A DNA stretch of 64,000 bases from an uncultured Gemmatimonadales bacterium (GCA_963779755.1 CAVZZO010000003.1:800001-864000), one strand, 5' to 3'; shown: positions 1 to 11,716, counted from the first letter of the stretch. Numbers and translations: made by a program. Notes: generated from the sequence alone by a model not told the origin.

Positions 1-499
1 CCTGGGCCTGCTGGATCGAGCGCATCTCGATCCAGTGGCCGAGCAGCATGATCGTGACCAGGGTCGCCAGCTCCCACCACAGCGCGTTCGCCTCAATGAG
101 CCCGAGCTGCACCACCCAGGAGAAGGCAAAGGCGACACAGATGGCCAGGGAGATCAGCGTCATCATCCCGGGCAGCCGCGCCCTCAGCTCCCGCCAGGCC
201 CCCTGCAGGAAGACCAGGCCACCGTAGAGGAAGATGGCCGTCGCGAGCACCGGAGGGATCCACGACGAACCGGAGAACCCGGGTGCCCGGTAGCCCAGCA
301 GATCCTCGATGTGGGCAGACCAGAATACCACCGGGAGAGTGAGGACGAGCGAGAGCCAGAACTTGTCCCGGAACATCCCGGGACTGTGGCCCGCGTGCCG
401 GTCGTGGCCCTGGTGGGCCCCGGAACTCTTGCCGGCCCCCTGATGGCCGGGGGGCGGCTCGACTCCGTGGCCGTGATGGTGAGAGGCGGCCATATCCAT
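1..499 (-). CDS. Heavy-metal (Cu2+-type, CopB-like) P1B ATPase, 5' part only (runs off window)
   Basis: Manual translation (not in ORF track): MDMAASHHHGHG...HQGHDRHAGHSPGMFRDKFWLSL...PGMMTLISLAI...WWELATLVTIMLLGHWIEMRS; His-rich N-terminus and LLGHWIEM motif typical of CopB-type ATPases. Confidence 0.85.
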   Translation of the reverse strand, partial: MDMAASHHHGHGVEPPPGHQGAGKSSGAHQGHDRHAGHSPGMFRDKFWLSLVLTLPVVFWSAHIEDLLGYRAPGFSGSSWIPPVLATAIFLYGGLVFLQGAWRELRARLPGMMTLISLAICVAFAFSWVVQLGLIEANALWWELATLVTIMLLGHWIEMRSIQQAQ

Positions 500-510
500 C
501 GAGGCGCGCC

Positions 511-1663
511 TCAGTCCCGGCCGGCCTGGGAGCGCCCCCTCCGGCGCACCACCTGCGGAACCCCCGCCGCCCGGGCCAGCTCCCGGTGGATCTTCGCCAC
601 CCGCTCCACCTGCCCCTTGGCGGGAAAGCGCTCATAGAAGCCCTCGGCCCGGAACGTTCTGGCCAGTTCGCTCCAGGGCGCCAGCCGCTCGGCCCAGCGG
701 CGCACCCGGCCCTCCTCGGGATCGGCGTCCGACCGCGGCCAGATCGGCACAGACCCGGATCATCGCCTTCAGCGTGACCGAATTGGTGACGAAATAGTCC
801 TGGTGGCCCCAGACACTGCCCCAGGCCTGCTGTGCCGCCTTCAGGAAGTCGCGGACCACCCCGTAGAACCGCTCGGCATGGCGCCGGTCGGTCCCCTGCC
901 GCTCGATCGCCTTCCAGTCGGCGTGGATCCAGCGATGCAGCTCGTTGTACAACTCCGCCTGGAGAATCCATTTCACCTGCCTGCTGCGGCCGCCCAGCCG
1001 GTTGATCCGGTAGCGCAGCGGGCTGTCGCCCGGACCGCTGTAGAGATAGTCCACGATCCGCGCGGCGAATTTCTTGTCGGGCGAGGTCCAGGAGACCTTC
1101 TCGTAGAGGTCCACCAGGTGGCTCTTGTTGATGCGCGTCGGGGTGGAATTGATGATGACGAACATCTCGGTGGCGAAGTTTTCGCTCTTCCCGTCGAAGA
1201 TGATGCAAGGCACATGCATGCTGCGGACGGCATCGGGACGGTCGGCCTGGTAGAACTGCAGCGCCGCCAGCCGGTGCTGGCCGTCGATGATGATGAACTG
1301 GCCCCCGGGCTGGGTGAGCGAGCCGGTGGTGCCGTCGGCCGACATGGGCGTGAACCGCAGCGGTTCGCTGGTGAAGAGCAGGACCGTCCCCGGAATGGGC
1401 GGCTGGCTCTCGGCCGTCTCGTAGAAGTTCTTGATGGCCCGCACCTTGGCCTTGGAAAGCTGGCGCTGGAAGGCCTGGTCCGTCCGTTCGATGCGCGAGA
1501 TGAACGCCGCGATCTCATCGCCCTCGGGCACCGGCTCCGGCGCGATCTGTTCGCCCTCGCCGTAAAACCGGCTGATGAAACGGACCTTCTCCAGCAGATC
1601 GGCAGCGGGATAGGCCACAAAGTAGAAGACGCTGTCCTTCTGCCGGACCTGGGTGGCCATCAT
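511..1663 (-). CDS. DGQHR-domain (DndB-like) protein, apparently split by a +1 frameshift near 730
   Basis: IIDGQHR motif, FQRQL and FVIINST motifs in ORF 632..1663; protein-like C-terminus (DADPEEGRVRRW...FYERFPAKGQVERV) continues in the frame ending at 511. Confidence 0.75.
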
Positions 1664-1797
1664 GGGAACGACCTCCTCGGGATGGGGACCCCGCTAGTCT
1701 GGCGGCCTCCAGCGGGGATCGCAAGAGGAGCGGGCAGAGGCAGGCCAGACTGGCGCCGGCGACCGGGGCGGTTCAGTTTCCCCGGAGAAAGGACCGC

Positions 1798-2012
1798 ATG
1801 ACCGAGCCGCCAGTCTCCGGGTTTCTCCGCCGCACGCTCTCTTCCCTCCGGTCCCGCAACTTCCGGCTGTTCTTCCTCGGCCAGACCGTCTCCAACACCG
1901 GCAACTGGCTTACCATGGTGGCGCTGACGCTGCTGGTGCTGCACCGCACCGGGAGCGGCACCGCGATCGGCGTGCTGTCCGCGTGCCAGTTCGGCCCGAT
2001 CCTGCTGCTCTC
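1798..2012 (+). pseudogene. Truncated MFS transporter (N-terminal ~70 aa only)
   Basis: SLRSRNFRLFFLGQTVSNTGNWLTMVALTLLVLHRTGSGTAIGVLSACQFGPILLL is a typical MFS_3-type N-terminus; homology stops at an 8-bp tandem repeat. Confidence 0.75.
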
Positions 2013-2061
2013 CCTGCCGTCCTGCCGCCTTGCCGCCTTGCCGTCCTGCCGCCTTGCCGCC
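2013..2061. repeat. 8-bp tandem repeat (CYTGCCGY)n
   Basis: cctgccgt cctgccgc cttgccgc cttgccgt cctgccgc cttgccgc; same unit at 8032-8070 and 54726-54813. Confidence 0.85.
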
Positions 2062-2093
2062 CACCTTCCGTGCACCAAAGGGAGGCGGACACC

Positions 2094-3497
2094 ATGGCGA
2101 TTGCGACCATCAACCCCGCGACCGGGGAAACGCTGAACACCTTCGATCCGCTGGATGACGCCGGCCTGGAGCGCAAAATCGCGCTCGCCGCGTCCGCCTT
2201 TGCCGACTACCGCCGTACCAGCTTCGCCCGGCGCGCCGGCTGGATGCGCCGGGCCGGCGATATCCTGGAGAACGAAAAGGACCGCTGGGCCCGGATCATG
2301 GTGACCGAGATGGGCAAGCCCATCAGGTCGGCCGTCGCCGAGGCGGAAAAGTGCGCCTGGGTCTGCCGGTACTATGCCGAGCATGCCGAACAGTTCCTGG
2401 CGCCGGAGCCGGTCGAGACCGATGCCGCCGCGAGCGGCATCCGCTACCTGCCTCTGGGGCCGGTCCTGGCGGTAATGCCGTGGAATTTTCCCTTCTGGCA
2501 GGTCTTCCGTTTCGCTGCCCCCGGCCTCATGGCGGGAAACGTGGGGCTGCTGAAGCACGCGTCCAACGTGCCGCAGTGCGCCCTGGGCATCGAAGAGATC
2601 TTCGAGCGCGCGGGATTCCCCGAGGGGGTCTTTCAGGCACTCCTGGTCGGATCGGACCGGGTCGCGGGGATCCTACAGGACCGGAGAATTCGCGCCGCCA
2701 CCCTGACCGGCAGCGTGCCGGCCGGCCGGAGCGTTGCGGGCGAGGCCGGGCGGCAGATCAAGAAGACCGTGCTGGAGCTGGGCGGAAGTGATCCGTTCAT
2801 CGTGATGCCCAGTGCCGACCTCGGCGCCGCCGTCGAGACGGCTGTCCGGGCCCGCATCATCAACAACGGCCAGAGCTGCATCGCCGCCAAGCGGTTCATC
2901 GTGCACGAGCGGGTGGCCGAGGAGTTTACCCGCCGCTTCGTGGCGGGCATGGAGGCCCTGCGGATCGGCGACCCCATGGACCCCGACACGCAGCTCGGCC
3001 CCATGGCCATGGAGCAGACCCGGGCGGACGTGGCCGATCAGGTGGAGCGCTCGGTGCAGGCGGGCGCCCGGCTCCGCTGCGGCGGGACGCCGCTGGACCG
3101 CAAGGGGTTCTTCTACGCCCCGACGGTGCTGTCGGATATCCCTCCGGATGCCCCGGCCGCCCGCGAAGAGATCTTCGGCCCGGTGGCGTCGCTCTTCCGG
3201 GTGAAGAATATCGATGAGGCCATCCGCCTCGCGAACGATTCCGACTTCGGGCTGGGCAGCAGCGCCTGGACCGGCGACCCGGTGGAACGGGACCGGTTCA
3301 TCCACGAGCTGGAGGCGGGGATGACCTTCATCAACAGCATGGTGGCGTCGGACCCGCGGCTCCCCTTCGGCGGGGTGAAGGACTCGGGCTACGGCCGCGA
3401 GCTGGGCGCGCTGGGGATCCGGGAGTTCGTGAATATCAAGAGCGTGTGGGTGGCGGGGGACGGGCAACCGGCGGGAGGGCGAGTCAGGACGGAGTAA
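2094..3497 (+). CDS. NAD(P)-dependent succinate-semialdehyde dehydrogenase (Sad/GabD1-like aldehyde dehydrogenase)
   Basis: MAIATINPATGE start after GGAGG RBS; PWNFP, TLTGS, LELGGSDP, NNGQSCIAAKR, EEIFGP, PFGGVKDSGYGRE motifs. Confidence 0.93.
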   Translation: MAIATINPATGETLNTFDPLDDAGLERKIALAASAFADYRRTSFARRAGWMRRAGDILENEKDRWARIMVTEMGKPIRSAVAEAEKCAWVCRYYAEHAEQFLAPEPVETDAAASGIRYLPLGPVLAVMPWNFPFWQVFRFAAPGLMAGNVGLLKHASNVPQCALGIEEIFERAGFPEGVFQALLVGSDRVAGILQDRRIRAATLTGSVPAGRSVAGEAGRQIKKTVLELGGSDPFIVMPSADLGAAVETAVRARIINNGQSCIAAKRFIVHERVAEEFTRRFVAGMEALRIGDPMDPDTQLGPMAMEQTRADVADQVERSVQAGARLRCGGTPLDRKGFFYAPTVLSDIPPDAPAAREEIFGPVASLFRVKNIDEAIRLANDSDFGLGSSAWTGDPVERDRFIHELEAGMTFINSMVASDPRLPFGGVKDSGYGRELGALGIREFVNIKSVWVAGDGQPAGGRVRTE

Positions 3498-3668
3498 GCG
3501 GGTGCGGGACGCCCGCGCCGCCCGGCGGTCTTGTTGGCCGCAGGCGGGGCGGGCGGACAGGCATGCGAGACGCTGGAGCACGGCGCCGGAGGCGGTTTGT
3601 TCCCTGCGCGAGGGCCCGGGGCGTTGCTGCCCCCGAACGGTCGCGGGAGTGACTCAGGCGCCGGCCGT

Positions 3669-4106
3669 CTATTGCTCGTGGAAGGGGTTCCGGATTCGCA
3701 GGCCGGCAAAGCGGGCGAAATCCCGGTCGCCGGAGAGCAGCTCCGCCACCCCGTGCTCCAGGCAGAGCGCCGCGATATGGGCGTCGTGGATCAGGTTGCC
3801 GGTGACTCCCGACTGCTGCAGCACCGCATCCATGACCTCTGCATGCCGATCCGTTTCCGCCAGCAGCGTCAGCGAGGGGGAGCTCAGAATGTGCTGCAGA
3901 TCTTCCCGGGCGAGTTGAAGCGGGACCGGCGGATGGAACACCCGGGGATGGGTCACCACCCGAAGGAATTCATACACGCAGGGCCAGGGAATGGCCCAGG
4001 CCACCGCCCCCTGGGCCAGGGACCGCAGCAGGTCCCGCGCGCGGCCGTGGTGAGGGCTGGTGAGAATCTCGGCGTACACCAGGACGTTGGTGTCCACCGC
4101 TACCAT
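3669..4106 (-). CDS. vapC: VapC-family PIN-domain toxin
   Basis: AVDTNVLVYA, YEFLRVVTHP, GNLIHDAHIAA, SGDRDFARF motifs. Confidence 0.92.
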   Translation of the reverse strand: MVAVDTNVLVYAEILTSPHHGRARDLLRSLAQGAVAWAIPWPCVYEFLRVVTHPRVFHPPVPLQLAREDLQHILSSPSLTLLAETDRHAEVMDAVLQQSGVTGNLIHDAHIAALCLEHGVAELLSGDRDFARFAGLRIRNPFHEQ

Positions 4107-4109
4107 GGC

Positions 4110-4343
4110 TCAGCGCCCATCCATCAGGTCGAAGAGCTTGTCCCGGTCGCAGAGGTCTACCCCGGGCTGCTCTTCAGCCGACCAACCCGACAGCGAAAGG
4201 GTGTAGGGGGGGGCCTCCCGCGCGCTCAGGCCCTGCCGGAGCAGCTCGTTGGCCACCGCCTGGATGGAGGTGCCCTCGCGCGCCGCGCGGAGCTTGAGGG
4301 CGCGGAGGACCGCCGGGTCGAGGCGCAGGGTGGTGCGTTTCAT
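4110..4343 (-). CDS. vapB: Ribbon-helix-helix antitoxin (VapB-like)
   Basis: MKRTTLRLDPAVLRALKLRAAREG RHH pattern; C-terminal PGVDL-DRDKL; directly upstream of PIN toxin. Confidence 0.85.
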   Translation of the reverse strand: MKRTTLRLDPAVLRALKLRAAREGTSIQAVANELLRQGLSAREAPPYTLSLSGWSAEEQPGVDLCDRDKLFDLMDGR

Positions 4344-4360
4344 ACCTGAAAAACTGCCTG

Positions 4361-4399
4361 GTTGTCATCAAAATGTCAACTATACAGCATCAATATGCT
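4361..4399. promoter_or_regulatory. Two tandem palindromes upstream of vapB (candidate autorepression operators)
   Basis: GTTGTCAT-CAAA-ATGTCAAC (4361-4380) and AGCAT-CAAT-ATGCT (4386-4399) in an AT-rich patch. Confidence 0.55.
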
Positions 4400-4463
4400 A
4401 CGATCCTCAGTCGCCGCGGCTCCATTGAAGCATCATCGCCGGTAGGGCTTGCCGGGGGGCCGG

Positions 4464-6446
4464 CTATCGCGTACCGCCCCCCTTCGAGGGCACCACGGTC
4501 AGCGTCAGGGCCGACGGGTAGCGTCGCGAATGGTGCACCCGGTTGTGCGCCGCCAGCCCGCCGGCCTCGTCGTAGTTGTTCCCCCCGGTATTCAGATTGC
4601 GGTCGAACCGGGGGAAATTGCTGCCGGACACCTCGATCCGGATCCGGTGCCCCGGCCCGAAGTAGTTGCTGGTGTTCATCGGCTGGACCGCCACCCGGTA
4701 AGTCTTGCCGGGCTCCATCCAGGCGAGCGGCCGATCGTAGCCGTCGCGGTAGCGCAGCCGCTGGATGGTCTCATCCAGGTTGAAGGCGCGGCCGTCGGGG
4801 TAGACGTCGATCAGCTTGACGGTGATATCGGTGTCCTTGCGGTCGGAGGAGACGTACACGGTGAAGTCCACCGGCCCGCTCACCTCCACCCCCTCGGTGA
4901 GCGGCGGCGTGGTGTACACCAGGATGTCGGGGCGTTGTTCGACCGTGCGCTGGTCCATCGCCCCGCCGGCCAGCCCGGGCTGGCAGCACACGTTCCCGCC
5001 GTGCGAGGGCACCGGGTCCATGGGGTCATAGGTGAGACTGTCGGGGTGGTCGGCGGCAGGCGCCTTCAGGTCCAGCACGCCGTCGCCGTCCAGAGTATTC
5101 GCGTGCCCGCCGCTCGCCAGAAAGTAGGTCGTCCGCTTCGCGCCGGCGGGGGGCCAGGTGTCCGAGGATTGCCACCGGTCGAGCCCCATGGTGTAATAGC
5201 GCACCCTCGGCAGGGTATCGAGCAGGTGGTTGTCAACGCCCTTGAGGAAGTGGTCGAACCACGCATCGGTGAGCGCCTCGTAGTCGTACCGGGCATCGCC
5301 CACCGGGCGTTCTCCCACCACCGTGTTCTCCGTGGCGCGCGTGTAGGAGCAATGCAGGGTGGGGGCGATGATCACGTACTGCTGCGCGCCCATTGCGGGA
5401 TCGGCCGTCCGCCGGACCTGGTTGTATTCCGCGAGGTTCGGGCCGATGGACACGTCATACCACGACATGAAGTAGAGCGCGGGAATATTGATCTTCATGT
5501 CGTCATGCCACAGGCCGCCGCGATACCAGGCGGAATCATTGGGTGTCCGCCGGATCATGGCCCCACCGGTGGCGATGCCGGGCATGGAATCCGCGAAGAT
5601 GCCTCGTGGTCCTCCCACCGACGCGAGCAGGTCCATCTCGGGCAGGTGCCGGAACGCCTTCGCCCAGTCCACCGGCGGCATCTGCGGCGCGAGGTCGTAG
5701 AGCTTCGAGGCGTTGATCAGGTCTTCCTGGGAAGTCCCGGGCGGAAAGGCGGGGCGCACCTGATTCTGCTCCCCGTACAGCCAGTCGATGAAGAGCATCT
5801 GCACCGCGCCGCCGCGATACCAGTTGCCTTGCTCGTAATACGGCCCCACCCGGCCCACCCCGGCACCGAAACCCTGGGGAATCATGGTGGCGAGGCCGGG
5901 CGGGCTCAGGGCCGCAACCCCCGACTGCCATTCCGCGGTGGAGGAGCAGCCGATCAGGCCCACCTTGCCGTTGGACCATGGCCGGGAGGAGATCCAGGCG
6001 ATCTCGTCGTATCCGTCCGTGCGGGGCGGGCCCAGGATGTCGTAGTTGCCCTCGGAGAAGAAGTGCCCGCGCTCGTTCGCCAGGACCAGCGCGTACCCGC
6101 GCCGCACGGTTCTGATGGCACGCGTCATATCCGCGGGCGCCCCGACCCGGACGTCCCACCAGTTCATGTTGTAGGGCGTCCGGATGAAGATCGCAGGCAC
6201 CTTCGCCTCCCCCTTCGGCCGGTAGATGTCGAACTGCATCCGGGCGCCGTCCCGCATCGGGACCATGACCCGGCGGTCCACCACGGCGATCGAGTCCAGC
6301 ACCCGATACAGCGAGTCCCGATAGGTGCGGAGCGAATCGAGGTTCTGCGGCAGGCGCCGCTGGGCACGGGCGGTCGAGGGCGCGGCGGCCGCGAGCAGTC
6401 CCAGCGCCAGAAGCCCGGCCAGCACGGACATGATGCGACGGTGCAT
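4464..6446 (-). CDS. CocE/NonD-family serine hydrolase, exported
   Basis: Signal peptide; [32 protein letters not shown] nucleophile region, [15 protein letters not shown]-domain; start chosen after GGAGG. Confidence 0.9.
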   Translation of the reverse strand: MHRRIMSVLAGLLALGLLAAAAPSTARAQRRLPQNLDSLRTYRDSLYRVLDSIAVVDRRVMVPMRDGARMQFDIYRPKGEAKVPAIFIRTPYNMNWWDVRVGAPADMTRAIRTVRRGYALVLANERGHFFSEGNYDILGPPRTDGYDEIAWISSRPWSNGKVGLIGCSSTAEWQSGVAALSPPGLATMIPQGFGAGVGRVGPYYEQGNWYRGGAVQMLFIDWLYGEQNQVRPAFPPGTSQEDLINASKLYDLAPQMPPVDWAKAFRHLPEMDLLASVGGPRGIFADSMPGIATGGAMIRRTPNDSAWYRGGLWHDDMKINIPALYFMSWYDVSIGPNLAEYNQVRRTADPAMGAQQYVIIAPTLHCSYTRATENTVVGERPVGDARYDYEALTDAWFDHFLKGVDNHLLDTLPRVRYYTMGLDRWQSSDTWPPAGAKRTTYFLASGGHANTLDGDGVLDLKAPAADHPDSLTYDPMDPVPSHGGNVCCQPGLAGGAMDQRTVEQRPDILVYTTPPLTEGVEVSGPVDFTVYVSSDRKDTDITVKLIDVYPDGRAFNLDETIQRLRYRDGYDRPLAWMEPGKTYRVAVQPMNTSNYFGPGHRIRIEVSGSNFPRFDRNLNTGGNNYDEAGGLAAHNRVHHSRRYPSALTLTVVPSKGGGTR

Positions 6447-6564
6447 GATGATTCGCCTCCGAAACCAGGACATGGACCGATCTTCCCGCCGGAGCATTCC
6501 GGCCCCCCTCGCTAGCATACCCGCCCGGCCCGAAAACGCCAGGCTGGACGTGTCCCGACCCTAG

Positions 6565-8028
6565 CTAGCGGATCGTCACCGCGATGTTCCGCCACTTCCC
6601 CTGCCGGAACCGGCCGATGCTCAGCACGCACCGGGTGAAGTGCCCCGCCAGAATGGCCAGCCAGATCCCCATCGGCTCCAGCCGCCCGGTTTCCCGCAGC
6701 ACGAAGCAGATGCCCAGCGGGATGATGATCTGCGAGACGATCGAGATATAGAGCGGGCTCTTGGTATCGCCGGTGCCCTGGAGGCCGCCGGTATAGGTCA
6801 GCGCCAGGGCGATGAACAGGCCGGAGAGGCTCAGCACGTGCAGCAGCTGCACCCCGAGCTGGATCACGTCCGGCTGGGTCATGCCGAAGATGCCCAGCAG
6901 CTGCCGGGGAATGAGCAGAAAGAGCGCGCCGATCACCAGGGCGGTCCCGAACCCGATCCGGGCGGCGACGTGAACCGCCGCCGCCGAGCGGTCGGGCCTC
7001 CCCGCCCCCAGGTTCTGCCCCGCCACCGCCGCCGCGGCGCCCATGAGGCCGACCGACGTCCAGGTGATGAGCGAGAACAGTTCGGTGTAGGAGATGGCAT
7101 ACGCCGCCTGGGCCGCAGCGCTCTGCGCCAGCGAGCCCACGAACGACAGCAGCAGCACGCCGCCGATGTTCATGGCGATGCCCTGGATGCCGGTGGGCAG
7201 CCCGAAGCGGAACAGGGCGCGGATGATGCCGCGATCCGGACCGCGCGGCCCTTGTCGCGGGAAGCTCACTACCCAGCCGCCGTGAATCAGCCGCCAGAGC
7301 GCGTAGAGGCCGACGCTGCCGGTGGCGATCACCGTCCCCATAGCCGCGCCCCTGGTGCCGAAGGCGGGGATGGGGCCCAGACCCCGGATCAGGATCACGT
7401 TGAGCACGATGTTGAGCCCGGTGACCAGCAGCCCCAGCCGCAGCGGTGTGCGCGCGTCGCCGGCCGAGCGCAGTGCGCCACCCAGCATGAAGAACATCAT
7501 CATGCCGCCGCTGAAGACGAACATGATCCGCAGGTACGGCAGCGCCTGCTGCTGCACCGCCGGGGCGGCGTTCACCAGGTTGAGCAGCGCCGGGGCAAAG
7601 AAGTAGCCTGCCGGGGCGAGAATCCCGAAGGAAAGAAACGCCGCCGTCAGAAAGGCCTGATAGATGGTCCGGTCCACCTTCTCGGCTTCGCCGGCGCCGG
7701 CGAAGCGCGCCACCAGCACACTCATCCCGGTGAAGAGCGAGGAGATGAAGACCACCACCACCAGGAAGATCTGCCAGCTCACCCCGATCGCGGCGTTGCC
7801 GGTGAAGCCCACATAGTGGCCCACCATCACGTGGTCCACCATTCCCTGGAGGCCGCCGATCATGTTCTGCAGCATGGTGGGCCAGGCCAGTTTCCAGACG
7901 GCGGGCAGCAGCGGCCCCTCGATGAGGGAGCGATCGTAGCGCCGTCTGGGCGCCGGCGGCGGCTCCAGCGGCTCCGCCCCCGCGGCCACCGGCGCGGCCG
8001 CACCACGCTGCTGGCCTGGTTCTCTCAC
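6565..8028 (-). CDS. MATE-family efflux transporter
   Basis: 12-TM pattern, [37 protein letters not shown] start overlapping glpK stop (GTGA). Confidence 0.9.
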   Translation of the reverse strand: MREPGQQRGAAAPVAAGAEPLEPPPAPRRRYDRSLIEGPLLPAVWKLAWPTMLQNMIGGLQGMVDHVMVGHYVGFTGNAAIGVSWQIFLVVVVFISSLFTGMSVLVARFAGAGEAEKVDRTIYQAFLTAAFLSFGILAPAGYFFAPALLNLVNAAPAVQQQALPYLRIMFVFSGGMMMFFMLGGALRSAGDARTPLRLGLLVTGLNIVLNVILIRGLGPIPAFGTRGAAMGTVIATGSVGLYALWRLIHGGWVVSFPRQGPRGPDRGIIRALFRFGLPTGIQGIAMNIGGVLLLSFVGSLAQSAAAQAAYAISYTELFSLITWTSVGLMGAAAAVAGQNLGAGRPDRSAAAVHVAARIGFGTALVIGALFLLIPRQLLGIFGMTQPDVIQLGVQLLHVLSLSGLFIALALTYTGGLQGTGDTKSPLYISIVSQIIIPLGICFVLRETGRLEPMGIWLAILAGHFTRCVLSIGRFRQGKWRNIAVTIR

Positions 8029-9539
8029 GGTTCCTGCCGTCCTGCCGTCTTGCCCTCCTGCCGTCCTGCCCAGAACAGCGCCGTCTCCACCGCCCGGGCC
8101 CACTCCGCCCGGCGCCGCGCCCGCTCCTCCGGCGGCATGGCCGGCTCGAAGCGGTCGAATCGCCGCCCGGCCAGGACCGCTTCGATGCTGTCCCAGACAC
8201 CCAGCGCCAGTCCCGCCAGGGCAGCCGCCCCCAGCGCGGTCGTTTCCACCATGTCGGGCCGCTCTACCGGCAGTCCGGCGATATCGGACTGGAACTGCAG
8301 CAGCCAGCCGTTGGCCGCGGCGCCCCCGTCCACCCGCAGCACCGAGATGTCGGCGCCGGCCTCGTGCTCCATGGCCGCGATCAGGTCGGTGCTGCTGAAG
8401 GCCATGGCCTCGAGCGCGGCCCGCACCAGGTGGGCCCGGCCGGCGCCGCGGGTGATCCCGGTGATGGTCCCCCGTGCCTCCGGCTCCCAGTACGGGCTCC
8501 CCAGCCCGACGAACGCCGGCACGAAACTGACTCCCGCGCTATCGGGCACGCTGCGGGCCAGCGCCTCCGTCTCCTCCGCGCGGGCGATGAGGCCCAGCCC
8601 GTCGCGCAGCCATTGCACCGCCGCTCCCGCGATGAAGATGCTCCCTTCCAGCGCGTAAGCCGGCTCGCCCTGCGGGCCGCAGGCCATGGTGGTGATGAGT
8701 CCCCGTTCCGAGGGCGCCCGGCGGCCGCCGGTGTGGGCGAGCAGAAAGGCCCCGGTCCCGTAGGTATTCTTGGCCTGCCCCGGACGCACGCATCCCTGCC
8801 CGAAGAGCGCTGCCTGCTGGTCGCCCGCCAGCCCCGCGATGGGCAGCGGCCGCCCGAACCAGTGCGCCTCGGTTTCGCCCACCACGCCGCTCGAGGCGAC
8901 CACCTGAGGCAACACGCCCTCGGGAATGCCGAAGAGCCGCAGCAGGTCGTCGTCCCAGGCCTGCCGGTCAAGATTGTAGAGGAGTGTACGGGAGGCGTTG
9001 GTGTGGTCGGTGGCGTGCACCTTGCCGCCCGTGAGCCGCGCCACCAGCCAGCTCTCGACCGTGCCGAAGGCCAGCGCCCCCCGCTCCGCCCGGCGGCGGC
9101 GATCCGGATCCTGCAACAGCAGCTCGAGCTTGGTGGCGGAGAAATACGGGTCCAGCACCAGGCCGGTGCGCTCCCGGATGAGAGGCTCGATGCCCTCCTC
9201 CCGCAACTGCTGGCAGCGGCCGGCAGTGCGCCGGTCCTGCCACACGATGGCGGGGGCCACCGGCTCCAGCGTCTGCCGGTCCCACAGCACCACCGTCTCC
9301 CGCTGGTTGGTGATGCCGATGCCGGCCGGCGCCTCGGCCCGCGCCAGCGCCTCCCGCGCGGCCTCGACGGTGACCGCGACGATTTCCTGCGCGTCGTGCT
9401 CCACCCAGCCGGGCCGGGGAAAATGCTGGGTGAATTCCCGGTACCCCCGGGCCCGCACGGTTCCGTCGCGGCCGATCAGCAGCGCCGTACTGCCGGTGGT
9501 TCCCTGGTCGAGGGCGAGGATGGATGACATGGATGACAT
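8025..9539 (-). CDS. glpK: Glycerol kinase
   Basis: [58 protein letters not shown]. Confidence 0.96.
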   Translation of the reverse strand: MSSMSSILALDQGTTGSTALLIGRDGTVRARGYREFTQHFPRPGWVEHDAQEIVAVTVEAAREALARAEAPAGIGITNQRETVVLWDRQTLEPVAPAIVWQDRRTAGRCQQLREEGIEPLIRERTGLVLDPYFSATKLELLLQDPDRRRRAERGALAFGTVESWLVARLTGGKVHATDHTNASRTLLYNLDRQAWDDDLLRLFGIPEGVLPQVVASSGVVGETEAHWFGRPLPIAGLAGDQQAALFGQGCVRPGQAKNTYGTGAFLLAHTGGRRAPSERGLITTMACGPQGEPAYALEGSIFIAGAAVQWLRDGLGLIARAEETEALARSVPDSAGVSFVPAFVGLGSPYWEPEARGTITGITRGAGRAHLVRAALEAMAFSSTDLIAAMEHEAGADISVLRVDGGAAANGWLLQFQSDIAGLPVERPDMVETTALGAAALAGLALGVWDSIEAVLAGRRFDRFEPAMPPEERARRRAEWARAVETALFWAGRQEGKTAGRQEP

Positions 9540-9588
9540 GGAGGAAACAGGAATCAGGAATCGGGTATCAGGGCCGGAAAGGCCTCGC

Positions 9589-10482
9589 TCACGCCCCCTC
9601 GGGAGCGACCTCGTCCGCGTCGCCGCGGCGGCTCAGCAGCACGCCGGTGACGATCAGGCCCGCGCCGGCCAGCTGGGTCGCCACCGGATGCTCGCCCAGC
9701 AACATCCAGGCGGCCAGCACCGCGACCAGGGGTACGATACTATTGAAGATGGCCGTACGCCCGCTGCCCAGCATCTGCACGGCGCGGTTGAGCGCGATGT
9801 AGCTCACCACCAGCCCCAGCACCGTCGCATACGCCACGGCGGCCCAGGCCGTCGCCGACACTCCGCCCCAGTCGACCCGGTGGGCCTGAGGCAGCCCCAG
9901 GAGCAGCAGCCCCGGCGTCCCCGCCGCCATGGTATAGGCCGTGAGCCGGAGGGCCGAAACGGGCAGGGCGAACGCCCGCACCCCCACGGTGTAGGCCGCC
10001 CAGCAGCACGCCGCGCCCAGCACCGCCACATCGCCCATCAGCGCCCGGGCGTCGAAGCCCGGCCCCCGCACGGTGAGCACCAGCGTCACGCCCCCCACGG
10101 CAAGGAGCACTGCCACGATCATCCGCCCGGCCAGATGCTCGGTGCCGGTGACGGCACCCAGGATCAGCACCAGCACCGGCGTGCTGGAGATGATCAGCGC
10201 TCCGTTCACGGCGGTAGTGCGGCTCATGCCGGTCATGAACAGCGCCTGATAGGCGGTGTGGCCCAGCAGGCCGAGCAGCAGAATGCGCCACTCTTTCCCG
10301 GCGGGGCGGCGCAGCGGCCCCTCGCGCACGCGCAGGAGCAGCAGCAGCAGGGTGCTGGCGGTGGTGAACCGGAGGGCGGCATAGGCAAAGGGGGGTATCT
10401 CCCGCAGTGCCAGTTTGATGAAGCTGTAGTTGCCGCCCCAGATGAGCACCACGCCCAGCATGGCCAGCTCGGCGCGCAGCAC
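9589..10482 (-). CDS. DMT/EamA-family transporter
   Basis: Ten hydrophobic segments in two repeats, IWGGNY, ALRF, LLGEH motifs. Confidence 0.88.
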   Translation of the reverse strand: MLRAELAMLGVVLIWGGNYSFIKLALREIPPFAYAALRFTTASTLLLLLLRVREGPLRRPAGKEWRILLLGLLGHTAYQALFMTGMSRTTAVNGALIISSTPVLVLILGAVTGTEHLAGRMIVAVLLAVGGVTLVLTVRGPGFDARALMGDVAVLGAACCWAAYTVGVRAFALPVSALRLTAYTMAAGTPGLLLLGLPQAHRVDWGGVSATAWAAVAYATVLGLVVSYIALNRAVQMLGSGRTAIFNSIVPLVAVLAAWMLLGEHPVATQLAGAGLIVTGVLLSRRGDADEVAPEGA

Positions 10483-10520
10483 CGCGCGCCGGGACGCGCT
10501 ACCCGGCGTCTCGCCCGGAC

Positions 10521-11567
10521 TCAGCGGGCGGCCACGCGCGTGGCAGCCAGCTGGGGGCCCAGGTCGCCCGCCCGCAACAGACCCGCGTCGGTGATATAGC
10601 CGTGGATCAGCCGGGCCGGCGTCACGTCAAAGGCCGGATTCCAGACCGCTACATCGTCCGGCGCCAGCTGGCGCCCGCCCAGCTCGGCGATTTCCTCGCG
10701 CGCCCGTTCCTCGATGGTGATCTCCGCTCCCGAAGGGGTTGCCCGGTCGTAGGTGGAGCGCGGCGCGGCCACGTAGAACGGAACGCCGTGGGCGGCCGCC
10801 AGCAGCGCCACGCCGTACGTCCCGATCTTGTTGGCCGTATCGCCGTTGGCGGCGATGCGGTCGGCCCCGGTGATCACCAGACTGACATCCCCCCGCGCCA
10901 GCCGCGAGGCCACCATCCCGTCGGTCAGCACCGTACAGCGGATGCCCGAGCGGCTCAGCTCCCAGGCGGTCAGCCGGCTGCCCTGCAGGAGCGGCCGGGT
11001 TTCGGGCGCCAGCACCTGCACCCGGCGCCCTGCCTGGTGGGCCCGATAGATGGGGGCCAGCGCGGTACCGATTCCGCCGGTGGCCAGAACCCCGGCATTG
11101 CAGATGGTCATCACCGTGGCCCCGTCGGCGATCAGTCCCTCGCCCGCCGCGCCGATGGCCGCGCACATGGCCCGGTCTTCGTCCCGGATGGCATTGGCTT
11201 CGTCGACCAGGGCGATCCGCAGGGTGGCGGCATTCACCGCGGTGGTGCTGCGGGCGCGGTGCCGCATCCGCCGCACCGCCCAGCTCAGATTCACCGCAGT
11301 CGGCCGGGCGGCGGCGAGCAGGGCACAGGCCCGTTCCACCGCGTGCATGAGGTCGATGGTCGTGTTGGCGTCGGGGGCGGCCAGCGTCACCCCCATGGCA
11401 GCGGCGATGCCGATGAGCGGCGCTCCCCGCACCCGCAACATGCGGATCGCCTCGGCCATCGCCTCCGGCGTCCGCAGCTCGAGGTAGACTTCCTCCGCCG
11501 GCAGCCGGGTCTGGTCGAGCAATCGCACGGCCCCGTCGGGAGCCCAGGAGATCGGGTCAGGGAGCAT
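10521..11567 (-). CDS. mtnA: S-methyl-5-thioribose-1-phosphate isomerase
   Basis: LLDQTRLP, VRGAPLIG, ARPTAVNL, CNAGVLATGG, ETRPLLQGSRLTAWE, GADRIAANGDTANKIGT, NPAFDVTP. Confidence 0.95.
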   Translation of the reverse strand: MLPDPISWAPDGAVRLLDQTRLPAEEVYLELRTPEAMAEAIRMLRVRGAPLIGIAAAMGVTLAAPDANTTIDLMHAVERACALLAAARPTAVNLSWAVRRMRHRARSTTAVNAATLRIALVDEANAIRDEDRAMCAAIGAAGEGLIADGATVMTICNAGVLATGGIGTALAPIYRAHQAGRRVQVLAPETRPLLQGSRLTAWELSRSGIRCTVLTDGMVASRLARGDVSLVITGADRIAANGDTANKIGTYGVALLAAAHGVPFYVAAPRSTYDRATPSGAEITIEERAREEIAELGGRQLAPDDVAVWNPAFDVTPARLIHGYITDAGLLRAGDLGPQLAATRVAAR

Positions 11568-11580
11568 GGGGAGTAAACTA

Positions 11581-11716
11581 GGCGGTACGGCGGTATGGCG
11601 ATACGGCGGTACGGCGGTACGGCGGTTACGGCGGTACGGCACGGCGGTACGGCGGTACGGCGGTACGGCGGTACGGCGGTACGGCGGTACGGCGGTACGG
11701 CGGTACGGCGGTACGG
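11581..11716. repeat. 8-bp tandem array (GGCGGTAC)n, about 16 units
   Basis: Directly visible; a few degenerate units. Confidence 0.95.

Noticed and set aside
511..1663. Dnd phosphorothioation defence system
   Set aside because: Only a DGQHR protein; no dndA/C/D/E neighbours
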